64,000 nt of DNA from Promethearchaeota archaeon (GTDB lineage Archaea > Asgardarchaeota > Lokiarchaeia > Sigyniarchaeales > SOKP01): assembly GCA_019058445.1 (NCBI GenBank), contig JAHPZA010000006.1, forward strand, positions 32,001-96,000. The letters are read 5' to 3'. This document shows, piece after piece, positions 49,721 through 60,102 of the stretch. The translations under genes were made by a program, and so were the position numbers. Under the pieces are notes generated by a model. It saw nothing but the letters and a program-made list of their open reading frames with translations. It ran no database searches and had not been told where the DNA came from. The stretch's first letter is position 1. Every line of letters begins with the position of its first letter.

Positions 49721-51004
49721 TTAATCTACTTTTTTAATATGCTTTGTTTCATGTTTAAGGTTCTTCTTTGTAATAGTATAAAGTTCCATTAATAATAACC
49801 CATGATAGTAGGATATGGAATCAAAATCGGCATCTCCATCATCTTTACCAGCATGAACTAAAGCCATTTGAGCGTTTAAGGCTGCTTTTAATAGCAATTC
49901 TAATCCATTATAAATTAAATTAGGACTCCAAGTTCCATTCTGAGGATTTGCCCACCATATAGGGCAGGAATGAAGTCCTCTGTCATAAAACCATCTAGCG
50001 GTATTATAATAATTTTCTATCTCCCATTTCGCTGTTAAATCCAAATTATCAGCTAAATCCATTAAATCGTTCAAACTTTTAATAATTTTCCAGTAATATT
50101 TGTGAATGTTATTATCAGGGTGTTTCCATAAAGGATAAGGAATCTCATCTAACATATCTGAATAGGATGTACTCCAGCTTGATTCTTTTGGTGTAATCGC
50201 TTTTTTAACAATTGGGAAGTATTGATCCAAGTCAGATATGAAAACTGTTTTAATATCATCCTTTTCTGTTAGTAATTCTAAGGCTTTATCTAAAAATGCT
50301 TTCTCATAGTTCTTAATATGATGCCCAAATGTTTCCCCATCCATCGCGGTTAAAATATACGTGTCATTCTTGTAATCTTGCTTCTTATCTTTATATTTAA
50401 TCTTTATATCTTTTATAAATTCTTTTGCAGTTATTTTCTTGAAAGATATTTTATTACTTAGAATATCATCTCTAAAAAATAATTGGAGTCCATTTGGAGA
50501 ACAATAGATTTTATCATATGGCCAATCCACACCTTTTTCTTCAACCGGACACGCAATACCACTTTGAAGTATCCATTTATATCCAAGTTCATTTACAATT
50601 TCTACTACTCTAGAGGAAATCGCTAGTTCGGGAGGAAAAAATCCCTTTTTTTCCCAAATTTTCCCAAATTCACGTATATTAATCTCTTCATTCATTTGAA
50701 TTTGATGATAGATCTCCTTTTGAGGAATTACGGGAAGTATAGGATGAAACTTTGCTGTTCCCACTATTTCAATTTTACTTTCGGAGGCTAAATTTTTTAT
50801 TAACTCCATTGTATCGCCTAAATCGAATTCATACAACATTTCAATAAGTACACCGTTGATATTTAATGTAAATTTCACATTATCGTGTTGTTCAAGAACT
50901 GAAAATAAAGGTTTATAGCATTCTTTATTGATCTCCCTCAAAATTTTAATATCTTGAGTCGGAGGCTGATAAATATGAAGTAATGGAGCCCAATAAGTTG
51001 TCAT
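49721..51004 (-). CDS. Glycoside hydrolase family 57
   Basis: HIYQP, HPILP, PPELA, DGETFGHH. Confidence 0.9.
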   Translation of the reverse strand: MTTYWAPLLHIYQPPTQDIKILREINKECYKPLFSVLEQHDNVKFTLNINGVLIEMLYEFDLGDTMELIKNLASESKIEIVGTAKFHPILPVIPQKEIYHQIQMNEEINIREFGKIWEKKGFFPPELAISSRVVEIVNELGYKWILQSGIACPVEEKGVDWPYDKIYCSPNGLQLFFRDDILSNKISFKKITAKEFIKDIKIKYKDKKQDYKNDTYILTAMDGETFGHHIKNYEKAFLDKALELLTEKDDIKTVFISDLDQYFPIVKKAITPKESSWSTSYSDMLDEIPYPLWKHPDNNIHKYYWKIIKSLNDLMDLADNLDLTAKWEIENYYNTARWFYDRGLHSCPIWWANPQNGTWSPNLIYNGLELLLKAALNAQMALVHAGKDDGDADFDSISYYHGLLLMELYTITKKNLKHETKHIKKVD

Positions 51005-51192
51005 AATAAAATTAGTTATTAAAAATTATCCACATTATCTTTTATTCAATATTCTTATCTTTTATAGTTAATTTATGAATTTAATTTTATTGAAAAATCA
51101 AAATCCTCAAGTAAACCTCAATAAGTAATTATTTATACAACATTTAATCTATTTTTATTATAAACAAATTATAACGAAGGAATATGAAATAG

Positions 51193-52608
51193 ATGAATAA
51201 AGAAGATATTTGCTTTATGCCAGCTTCTCAAATGTTAAAAGCAATTAAAACACAAGAGCTTACATCTCTAGAAATAACTGAAACAATTATAGAAAGAATT
51301 GAAAGGATAAATTCAATAATCAATGCTTATTGTACTCCAACATTCGACCTGGCAAGAGAGATGGCAAAAAAAGCCGATGATGCCGTTAAGAAGGGGGAAA
51401 AATTAGGTTCTCTCCATGGTATTCCAACTTCAATAAAAGATTTGAACTTAACGAAAGGGATTAGAACGACGTTTGGGAGTAAAATATTTGAAAATTTTAT
51501 TCCAGGTGAAGATGGGATATGCGTGTCTCGATTAAAAGAAGCAGGTATTGTTATCTTAGGAAAAACTAATACTCCTGAGTTTGGATATGCTGGCATCACG
51601 GATAATAAGATTTTCGGACCAACGAAGAATCCTTGGAATTTAAGTAGGACTCCTGGAGGTTCTAGTGGGGGTGCCACTGCAGCTGTAGCGAGTGGAATTA
51701 GCCCATTAGCATTAGGAGGGGATGGAGGAGGATCAATTAGAGTTCCCTGCAATTTCTGTGGGATATATGGTATTAAACCCCAATATGGTCGAGTTCCAGA
51801 TTATCCCAAATCTGGAATGTCATTTTATTTTACACAAAGAGGTCCCATAGTTAGAAATGTTGAAGATGCGGCTCTAATGCTTGATGTATTAAAAGGACCA
51901 TATGATTTAGATCGAACTTGTTTACCAAAACAAGATATCAGCTACTATGAAAAAGTTAATGATGCTCCAGAAAAACTCAAAATTGGTTATTCCATAAATC
52001 TAGGCTATGCAAAAATAATTGATTCTGATGTGGAAAAATGTATTTTAGATTCGGTTCAAAAATTCGAAAATTTGGGATGGACTGTAGAGGCTGCCAATTT
52101 GAAAATAAGAAGCCCATTTTTAGCGTTTACTACACTCTATACGGCGGCCTTCGCTTACAATTATAGGCCCTATTTAAAAGAATGGAGGGATAAAATGGAT
52201 CCCGATTTCCTTAAGCTGATTGACGCAGGTATGACTTATTCCGGATTAAGCTTAATGAAAGCAATGGATAAACGTATTAAATTTTACGAAAAAATTAACG
52301 AATTGTTCAGAAGTTACGATATTCTGATAACACCTATGGCTGCAATTCCTGCATTCGAGTTAGGGATGATGTTTCCTCCTGAGATTAATGGGGAGGGTGT
52401 GGGTCCAACTGCATGGATGCCATTTTCCTTTCCATTTAATATGACAGGTAATCCTGCGGCATCAATTCCATGTGGATGGTCAAAAGATGGTTTACCAATT
52501 GGAATGCAGATCGTAGGTCCAAAATTTGATGAATTAACCGTATTACAAGTCTCAAAAGCTTTTGAAGAAATAGCTCCCTGGCAAGATAAAAAACCAAAAT
52601 TAGGTTAA
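51193..52608 (+). CDS. Amidase signature family enzyme
   Basis: IKD, GKTNTPEFG, PGGSSGG, DGGGSIR. Confidence 0.93.
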   Translation: MNKEDICFMPASQMLKAIKTQELTSLEITETIIERIERINSIINAYCTPTFDLAREMAKKADDAVKKGEKLGSLHGIPTSIKDLNLTKGIRTTFGSKIFENFIPGEDGICVSRLKEAGIVILGKTNTPEFGYAGITDNKIFGPTKNPWNLSRTPGGSSGGATAAVASGISPLALGGDGGGSIRVPCNFCGIYGIKPQYGRVPDYPKSGMSFYFTQRGPIVRNVEDAALMLDVLKGPYDLDRTCLPKQDISYYEKVNDAPEKLKIGYSINLGYAKIIDSDVEKCILDSVQKFENLGWTVEAANLKIRSPFLAFTTLYTAAFAYNYRPYLKEWRDKMDPDFLKLIDAGMTYSGLSLMKAMDKRIKFYEKINELFRSYDILITPMAAIPAFELGMMFPPEINGEGVGPTAWMPFSFPFNMTGNPAASIPCGWSKDGLPIGMQIVGPKFDELTVLQVSKAFEEIAPWQDKKPKLG

Positions 52609-52652
52609 GCCTTTTCTAATATATTATTTATTTTTTTTACTTTCGTTGGTTT

Positions 52653-53765
52653 TTATTTTTCAATTATCGTTTCCTTAATTGCTGTTCCAAAATGGGTTGC
52701 GCCTGGGCCTATATGTACTAGAACCTCATCTCCCACTTTAATATCAACAACAGATTTAGCTTTACCACTAGGATCTACTAGTCTTATTGTTTCGGCATTT
52801 TGACAAATACAATTTATGGGAATTTTTTTATTACCTTTTATTGCTTCTAACTCAAACCTTAACATTGGTCGAGTCTCTATTTTCACACGTCCTACTGAAA
52901 CTATACGAGCTTCTCCTTTAAAATTGACCGCTAAAACCTTTTTACCCCCTTTTAATTCGCTCAAGTAATTTGTGCGATAAATTCTTTCTGGATCATCATC
53001 AGGAACTAGCACATAAGCAGATACATCCCCGGAATTAACACGAAATGGCCTAGAAGCTACAAATTGAGTTTCAAAAGTCTCAGAATGAATTAGACAGAAT
53101 CCTGCAGCCGTTGAACCAACGAGAAATCCTTCTCCTATATTTAGGAGAGATGTGGTATCAACACAAACTCTCTCGCTTTCAGGTATATTTTGGATGCTAA
53201 GTATCTTAGCCTTTGTTAATTCAATATGAAATCCGGTATGGATAAGTGTTTTTAATTCTACAATATCATTTGCATCTTTTGGAGTCATTAAAATTCCATC
53301 AACTCCTACTTCTAAAGTTTTGAGCATTAACTCAGCATCCTTAACATTATCTACTTCAGCGATCAAGTCTGTTTCATTTAAATGCATTTCTGCTATAAGA
53401 TTTTCAAAAGGAATTATTTTCCAATCTTTTGCTGAGACAATAATGAAATCTATATATCCCGTTTTCGAAAGTTCCACAATTTCTTGCTCATCTTCCTTTG
53501 TTTTTAATTCTTTATAGAATCCAATGTTGTTTTCAACTTTCTTTTCTTCTATTTTTCTTAATAAGTTATCCTTATTCTCAAAAACCTTAAATTGGAGAGG
53601 CAAATCCAAATCTTTAGAATAGATCTTTACACGTTCTACATTCTCAAACTCGGGATAAGTGTCCTTCGATACCATAAAACTGAGAATGTCTTTATTAAAC
53701 GCCTCTTGCACTAATTCCTTGAAATCACTGGATTTTTCCTCAAAATTTAAAATTATTCTTTTCAA
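52653..53765 (-). CDS. 3-dehydroquinate synthase type II
   Basis: WKIIPFENLIA, RVCVDT, RPFRVN, YLSEL, QNAETIRL. Confidence 0.93.
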   Translation of the reverse strand: MKRIILNFEEKSSDFKELVQEAFNKDILSFMVSKDTYPEFENVERVKIYSKDLDLPLQFKVFENKDNLLRKIEEKKVENNIGFYKELKTKEDEQEIVELSKTGYIDFIIVSAKDWKIIPFENLIAEMHLNETDLIAEVDNVKDAELMLKTLEVGVDGILMTPKDANDIVELKTLIHTGFHIELTKAKILSIQNIPESERVCVDTTSLLNIGEGFLVGSTAAGFCLIHSETFETQFVASRPFRVNSGDVSAYVLVPDDDPERIYRTNYLSELKGGKKVLAVNFKGEARIVSVGRVKIETRPMLRFELEAIKGNKKIPINCICQNAETIRLVDPSGKAKSVVDIKVGDEVLVHIGPGATHFGTAIKETIIEK

Positions 53766-53931
53766 CTTACATCATTCTCTAAAGTATTAATTTGAAAAAT
53801 TATATTTATTATAAGAATGTTAAATATAATACTCTTTTCAAGAAACTAGCGAAATCAAAAATTAGTTCAGTCAAAAACTTGTTATAAAATTAATGATTTT
53901 TCAATGTAAATTATAAAGTTAAGATCTTACT

Positions 53932-54336
53932 ATGGATGATATCAAAGATTCGCTTATCAAACACATTCCATTTTATAGTACTCTCGGATTTAGGCTCATT
54001 GAGATACAAGACGGACATGCTCACTTTGAGATAGATCTTAGAGAAGAACTCACTCAGAATGGAATGGTTCATGGTGGCGTCCTTGCATCTATGATCGATT
54101 CTACCTGTGCATGCGCGGCATATTCTCTTATTTATCCTAAGGGATGGGTTACTACAATAGATCTTCAAGTCTCCTACCTTAAACCTGTATCACAAGGTAC
54201 TTTAATTGCAAAAGCAGAATGTCTGAGAACTGGAAAGAATATCTCCTTTTGTGAATCTAAAATTTACAATGAAAAGGGAGAATTAATCTGAATCGGAACT
54301 TCTCAGCTTCTTAGAGTGGCTCCACTAACAAAATAA
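53932..54336 (+). CDS. PaaI/hotdog thioesterase with in-frame TGA at 54289-54291 (recoded or pseudogene)
   Basis: G.VHGG.LASMID; the frame continues after TGA with IGTSQLLRVAPLTK, the expected last strand. Confidence 0.8.
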
Positions 54337-54546
54337 AGTCTTAATTTCCTTATATTAGCATAGTAAAAATTTAATAATATAAAATTTGGACTACATAAAT
54401 TTTTAAATATTAAAAAAGCTTATTTTAGTAGGTTAAATTGATATTAAAACATAATAAATTTTATAATTATTTAGTTTATATTTAATATAAAAGAAAAGTA
54501 TTAAACATTTACATCTAAATACAAAAAAGTAGAGGAGAATAAAGCT

Positions 54547-55203
54547 ATGGCAAAAATTGGTAAGAAACTCTTCCCTAGGAAAGCCCAAGAAAAGGACAAG
54601 CTAGTTACTCAAGTGAAGAGATATACTCGTCAATTAGGTATTCGATCTAAAAATTATCAAAAGCGAGCCGAAGTAAGTAGAAAAAATGCCAAGATCGCTT
54701 TACAAAGGGGGGAAAAAGAACGTGCTAAAAGTTATTTAGTACAGTATAAACAGTATCAAATGAAAGTTGATAGAACCAATAACATCAGAACAAAATTTGA
54801 TAGACAAATTGAAGCCTTGGAAGAAGGGGCTGCAATTGCACAATCTGGAAATTTTATGGCAAAAATGCGAGATGAGTTAAAAACTATTGCTACTAAAGCC
54901 TCTCCTGAGGCAATTGCCGAAATTTCAGAAGATTCTGAGATGTATGTTTCTGAAATTGAAGAGGCTGGAGATATTCTTGCTGGTGATCTTGAGATTGATC
55001 TTGGAATAGATGTTTCAGATATGCTTGATCAACTTGAAACTGAAATGCTTTTAGATGCAAGTGGTTCAATGCCAGCTGTACCTGAAGGAGATTTTCCAGA
55101 GTACATTTCAGATATAGAACTCGAATCTGAGGAGGAAGAAATTAAGTCAAAAGCAAAACTTCAAGAAGAAATAGAAAAATTAAAAAAGGAATTAAGTGAA
55201 TAA
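54547..55203 (+). CDS. ESCRT-III / Snf7-family protein
   Basis: Basic N-terminal helical hairpin (AK.ALQRGEKERAK.YL), acidic C-half, MPAVP and terminal LQEEIEKLKKEL. Confidence 0.8.
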   Translation: MAKIGKKLFPRKAQEKDKLVTQVKRYTRQLGIRSKNYQKRAEVSRKNAKIALQRGEKERAKSYLVQYKQYQMKVDRTNNIRTKFDRQIEALEEGAAIAQSGNFMAKMRDELKTIATKASPEAIAEISEDSEMYVSEIEEAGDILAGDLEIDLGIDVSDMLDQLETEMLLDASGSMPAVPEGDFPEYISDIELESEEEEIKSKAKLQEEIEKLKKELSE

Positions 55204-55263
55204 CTTTTTTTGAAAAATTTATCTTCTTTTTAATGAGGTAGGATTTTTTTACAAACCTTTATT

Positions 55264-56289
55264 TTATTTAAGTTGTTTCGTTGCCAAGACCATATTCTTT
55301 AATTTTCTAACAGCTATTTGATATGCAAATTCTTCACTTTCAAAAGTCTTTTTCAATGCTCCAAACCCACAATCGCTTTTTATGAATAAATTATCTTTCC
55401 CATAAAGATCGATTCCTTTCTCAATATAATTTTTCAAGAAGTCAATCTTTTCCACATAATCATCTATGCCCGCGTCCTTTTTAGGAGACAAATTGGTTTG
55501 AACAGTTCCCATAGCTAAATATTTTTCATTATCCTCAAGATGTTTCTTCTCAAATACTTTAAAGTTAACCTCACTTGTGCGAAATTCGTGATCCATGATT
55601 TTTACATCAGTTTGTAAAAGGATATCACGTAAATAAGGACTTATTCTACCACAAACATGAATAGACGGCAAACCTTTTATGCCTGATAACGCTTTATTTA
55701 AGGTTTTAATGATAAAATCTTCTGTATGAAAAAATATTTTTCTCCCAACTAGTAAACCTAATATTGGCTCATCCATAGAGATGATATTGATGCCCATATC
55801 GTTGTAAGCTTTGCCAATTTCTTTCATAATCTCAGCAAATTTATCAACAATCCAACTAAGCATAATTGCCCTATGTTCATTAAATATTTTCAGTTCTATA
55901 CCCTTGGAAAGTTCTTCTCGAAGTAAAACCTCACTTGCCAAGGTAAAGGGTCCCGTCAAACATGCTTTAGTACCTTTAATTTGTTCATTAAGATCAGGGT
56001 GTTCATTTAAATAATTCACCATAAATTCTCCATATTCTAAAGCGACTGGCTTATCAGGAATTTTGAAGTCATCTCCCAAATAAAACACTTCAGGTTCAGT
56101 CTCTTCTAATGGTTCAATTATTTTAGACAACGGAGAGAGAAATTGGGGATTCATTGGTACCAGTTGTGCATAACATGGATAGTCAATCCCAATATGAATC
56201 ATGTCTTCAAATCCTCTTTGCATATTTTCTTCTGTGTTGCTAAGGGGAAGTGAACCAACACATGTAGTAAAAAACCCTTCTTTTTCCAT
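55264..56289 (-). CDS. Cobalamin-independent methionine synthase C-terminal-like (core MetE) protein
   Basis: VGSLP, LTGPFTL, DEP, HVCG, DCG. Confidence 0.8.
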   Translation of the reverse strand: MEKEGFFTTCVGSLPLSNTEENMQRGFEDMIHIGIDYPCYAQLVPMNPQFLSPLSKIIEPLEETEPEVFYLGDDFKIPDKPVALEYGEFMVNYLNEHPDLNEQIKGTKACLTGPFTLASEVLLREELSKGIELKIFNEHRAIMLSWIVDKFAEIMKEIGKAYNDMGINIISMDEPILGLLVGRKIFFHTEDFIIKTLNKALSGIKGLPSIHVCGRISPYLRDILLQTDVKIMDHEFRTSEVNFKVFEKKHLEDNEKYLAMGTVQTNLSPKKDAGIDDYVEKIDFLKNYIEKGIDLYGKDNLFIKSDCGFGALKKTFESEEFAYQIAVRKLKNMVLATKQLK

Positions 56290-56351
56290 ATCTTAAATTA
56301 ATATTGTTGAAATTATAAAGGTTATTGAAATATGAAAAAGGATGAAGAATA

Positions 56352-58394
56352 TTAGAAAGTATATTTTTTTTTACTGTAATTCCTTCTTCGAAACATCTCA
56401 TCATCAAGCGCATCTTTTAGCTTTTCAATTTTTTTTTCGATTGAATAAATATCTTTCTGTAGTTTTTTGTAGGTCCTGAAATAATCAACATCTGAAATTA
56501 CACCACTTTCAAACTTAGTCTCAAGTTCTTTTATAGTTTTCTTAAGACTGTATTGCTCTCGTTTTAATATAATCATCCGTTTCTGGTCTTCTTTATTTTT
56601 TTCATTATAGGCTTTTCTCAAATTATTTGGATTTTGTAAGGAAGGATCATTGGGATCAAAGAATTCAGATAAATGGTTTTTTTGAAAGTCTTGAAAGAAA
56701 TAATTATTATAGGAATGATCTGAAGTATTCTGGGCACCAAACTGATTGATTGAATCATTGTTTACTTGATCCATGTAGGGCTGCATTTCTTGGTCAAATT
56801 TATGCATTTTTTCTAATCTTTTCATAAGAATATTTCTCTCATCAAGGTCTAAGTCCTTATCATGAGAATAGGTTGTTGGATATTGTTGGTGATGATTCAA
56901 ATTGAACTCATCATGAGGATGATAATTTTGGTATCTATGAGGTTGAGAATTATTTTGAGAGTAAAACCGACTATGCTCAAAGTTATAGGGCACTGAAGGG
57001 CTCATAGATCTGTAGTAATACTCCTCGGGACTTTGAAGCTGTGAAGCAGGATAGAAATGTTTTTGAGGCCAAACTGGTGGAGGATTACGATTTTGATAAA
57101 AAGGATGTTGAGATTTAAAATATTCTGAATTCAATTGAGTATTATCATTTCTTTCAAGCTCCTTTTTTTGCTTTAAATTCAGTTTTTTATTATATTTAAT
57201 TTTCAAACTAAAGAAAGAGTTTATTCCTTCTTCTATATATCTCATTAAATCATTTAAATCGATGTCAATTTCTTGAAGATTAGTAGCAATCTCATAGTTA
57301 TATAAATCATGTTCTTGAAATGATCTAGCCAAAACGATATAATCAATCACCTTCGAAATAATATTTGCTGGAAATGAAAATTCATATTTACCATAATCGA
57401 ATTGAACGAATAGTTTTTTAAAGATCTTACCCTTATCGGCAAGGTTTATTAAATCATTTATAGGAGCTTTAAAAATTAATTCCTGCTTTTTTTTAATCAT
57501 CCCATATTCATGAACAAAAGATAAATCAAAGTTGGTAATAAACAGGAGACCTTTATTTTTCTTTATAAATTTATTCTGATGATTCATTCCATTTATGAGA
57601 GTTGTTTTTACAGCATAGACCGGTTTTTCATCTTCTGCTAAATTGAGAAATCTTTTATAGGGTAGAAAGAGTTTTTTTATTTTTTCTATAAACTTAAGAT
57701 TTTTTTGAAATCCATCCAATTTTTCGTAAAGTTCCTTATTATTATCCGTGATAAATTTATTTATCGATTCATGACTTCTAAAAACATTATCCAGTATATT
57801 CTCTATGATTCTTATATTAGAATTAGGTTGATTGTATATTTCAAAAAAGAATTCTTTATTTAGTGCTAAATGACGAAAGTGAGTATTTATTTTTTCTAAC
57901 AATGTCTCTTTTATGTGAATAATTTGTCTAAAAAGAACTAATAATTCAGACTCCATTTTTGGATAATGAAAGCACTTTATCGGAGGACTTCTTGCTACTT
58001 TAATTTTATGCCTTAAAATATACAATTCATTTATTATATCACGTAAAGGTTGAATAAAGGAACGAGTATCTTTAATTAAATCTAAAAATTTCTGCTCTAA
58101 TTCCTCTTTTTTTTCATATATATTTAAAATTTTATGAGAATGACATTTTGGACACGATTTAAGGTGTTGAGTCACTTTATTTATATTTTCCGTACCACAG
58201 TCTTTGCAAACTTTCTTTCCATTTGAGTCAAAAAACTCAATATTTTTAGAATTACATTCTTGACATATAAAGTAATCAACTCTTTCATCATGTAAACAAT
58301 CAGAACAACAACTAACGCCACATTCTTCGCAGTAATAAGCGAGTTTCACATGTTTTTGACAAAAACGGCATAACTGTAAGTCTTTATCTGACAT
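56352..58394 (-). CDS. Multidomain protein: Cys-rich Zn fingers, coiled coil, PH-like domain, low-complexity region, SHOCT-like end
   Basis: CRFC..YCEEC..CCSDC plus three more CxxC; GLLFITN..L.F; Q/N/H/Y/P-rich tract; FESGVISDVDY. Confidence 0.7.
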   Translation of the reverse strand: MSDKDLQLCRFCQKHVKLAYYCEECGVSCCSDCLHDERVDYFICQECNSKNIEFFDSNGKKVCKDCGTENINKVTQHLKSCPKCHSHKILNIYEKKEELEQKFLDLIKDTRSFIQPLRDIINELYILRHKIKVARSPPIKCFHYPKMESELLVLFRQIIHIKETLLEKINTHFRHLALNKEFFFEIYNQPNSNIRIIENILDNVFRSHESINKFITDNNKELYEKLDGFQKNLKFIEKIKKLFLPYKRFLNLAEDEKPVYAVKTTLINGMNHQNKFIKKNKGLLFITNFDLSFVHEYGMIKKKQELIFKAPINDLINLADKGKIFKKLFVQFDYGKYEFSFPANIISKVIDYIVLARSFQEHDLYNYEIATNLQEIDIDLNDLMRYIEEGINSFFSLKIKYNKKLNLKQKKELERNDNTQLNSEYFKSQHPFYQNRNPPPVWPQKHFYPASQLQSPEEYYYRSMSPSVPYNFEHSRFYSQNNSQPHRYQNYHPHDEFNLNHHQQYPTTYSHDKDLDLDERNILMKRLEKMHKFDQEMQPYMDQVNNDSINQFGAQNTSDHSYNNYFFQDFQKNHLSEFFDPNDPSLQNPNNLRKAYNEKNKEDQKRMIILKREQYSLKKTIKELETKFESGVISDVDYFRTYKKLQKDIYSIEKKIEKLKDALDDEMFRRRNYSKKKYTF

Positions 58395-58604
58395 TTTCAA
58401 CCTTGTTTTTTTGATAATTAGAAGAATTAAATTTAATTTTATCAAGAATAGTAGAAGAGAATGGATAAAAAATGACTATGTTATTTGAATATTATCTTTT
58501 AAAATGGTAAAAAAAGAGGTTTTATGAGATTTTCTAAGGACTTTTAGAAATGAAATATGGAGTTATTTCTAATTTTAATATTTTAAAAAATGTGATTAAA
58601 TTCT

Positions 58605-59924
58605 TTATTCTAGTTGAATTTGAATGTATTCCGCCTGGGTCCTCAATAATTCATCTAATATTTTTTTCGCTTGCCAATAAGTTTCCACTACAGGATCGGC
58701 GAGTAAAGCTTGCAGTGCCAAATCTTTTGATTTTTTAAGAATTGCTTCCACAACAAGATCTTGAACTCCAGCTTCTGTTCTAATAAGAGCTGCAAGTCCT
58801 TTAGGATACTTTCCAAGTTCGATACCATTAACTCCGTTTTTATTTATTATTGCTGGACATTCTACGATTAAGTCTCGAGGTAAATTTGTAAAAACATTAT
58901 CATTTGGGATGTTCACTGAAGGTTCTTCATAATTTGCATCGTTCAAAATTCCTTCAATTATTTGAATTTCACGTTCTTCATTTGCTCTGATAATTTGGGC
59001 ACATTTTCCCTTTCTAATAAATCTTTTAAGCTTTTTAAACTCAAAGTCTAAAAAATTCTCATAATCTCTCACGAATTTCCGTATAGCAGAAATATCTGAT
59101 TTTTCCCATGCCCAATGGATGTACTCTCCATAATGGCTATCACTTGTATAAGGTAAATATTTATATGTTTCCAGTATGAAAGCAGTTAAATTATAACCAT
59201 TATCTAAATATGGTCCATGTTCAATAGATCTTAAGATTTCAGGACCTCGTTTATAAATATCGGGATAAGCATCTTGTCCAGTGTTTCGATATTTAATACT
59301 TAAAATGACACCAAAATGATTAAGACCACCTGCTTTAATCTCAAGATTTGAAACTGGAGTGTTAAGAATTTTTTCTAATATCGGCATAAAATGTTGATAT
59401 TCATGACAAAGTCCTACAAATTTTAAGAAAGGAAATTCCCTTTTGATCGCAAGGCATATTCGGCTTAAAGGATTTGAATAATTAATAATAAAAGCGTCTG
59501 GACAAATTTTTTTAATATCTTTACAGATTTCCAATATCGGAGGTATCACTCTCAAGGAATGAAAAAGTCCCCCTGGACCTCCATTTTCGCCAGTAACTTG
59601 TTTATTTCCAAATTCTTGAGGTATTCTATAATCCATGTCTAATAATTTAAATCTTGGTGGAATTTCTATTGAATTTATGATAAATGTAGCATTATTCAAT
59701 GCATCTGGTCTGGAAATTGTATATTCCAAACTAAAATCCAACTTTTTTTCATCAATTACAGATTGACAAGCTTGATAAGTTGATTCTAAAGTTTCTGCGT
59801 TTATGTCATGAAGACATATTCTTGATCCTTCCAGAATCTTGCTATTTAGTATATTCCCCATACAACTTAGACCAAATTGGAATGACCCAGCTCCTAATAA
59901 TACAATTTTTTGATTTCGCGGCAT
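58605..59924 (-). CDS. Glycoside hydrolase family 4 (alpha-galactosidase-like)
   Basis: GAGS, GENGGPGG, NYSNP, GLCH, GLNH. Confidence 0.92.
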   Translation of the reverse strand: MPRNQKIVLLGAGSFQFGLSCMGNILNSKILEGSRICLHDINAETLESTYQACQSVIDEKKLDFSLEYTISRPDALNNATFIINSIEIPPRFKLLDMDYRIPQEFGNKQVTGENGGPGGLFHSLRVIPPILEICKDIKKICPDAFIINYSNPLSRICLAIKREFPFLKFVGLCHEYQHFMPILEKILNTPVSNLEIKAGGLNHFGVILSIKYRNTGQDAYPDIYKRGPEILRSIEHGPYLDNGYNLTAFILETYKYLPYTSDSHYGEYIHWAWEKSDISAIRKFVRDYENFLDFEFKKLKRFIRKGKCAQIIRANEEREIQIIEGILNDANYEEPSVNIPNDNVFTNLPRDLIVECPAIINKNGVNGIELGKYPKGLAALIRTEAGVQDLVVEAILKKSKDLALQALLADPVVETYWQAKKILDELLRTQAEYIQIQLE

Positions 59925-60102
59925 TATTAATTTAACTTAATAGTTTTCTAAAATAAATATCAATATTTACATTCTTGTTAACATCATATTTATATTTTTA
60001 AAATAGAAAGAAAAAGCAATCTAATTGAAAGATATTAATAAATCGGATTTTTATTAAATTACAAAAAAAGAGTCATTAAGTATTAAAATCTGATTTTAGA
60101 TT

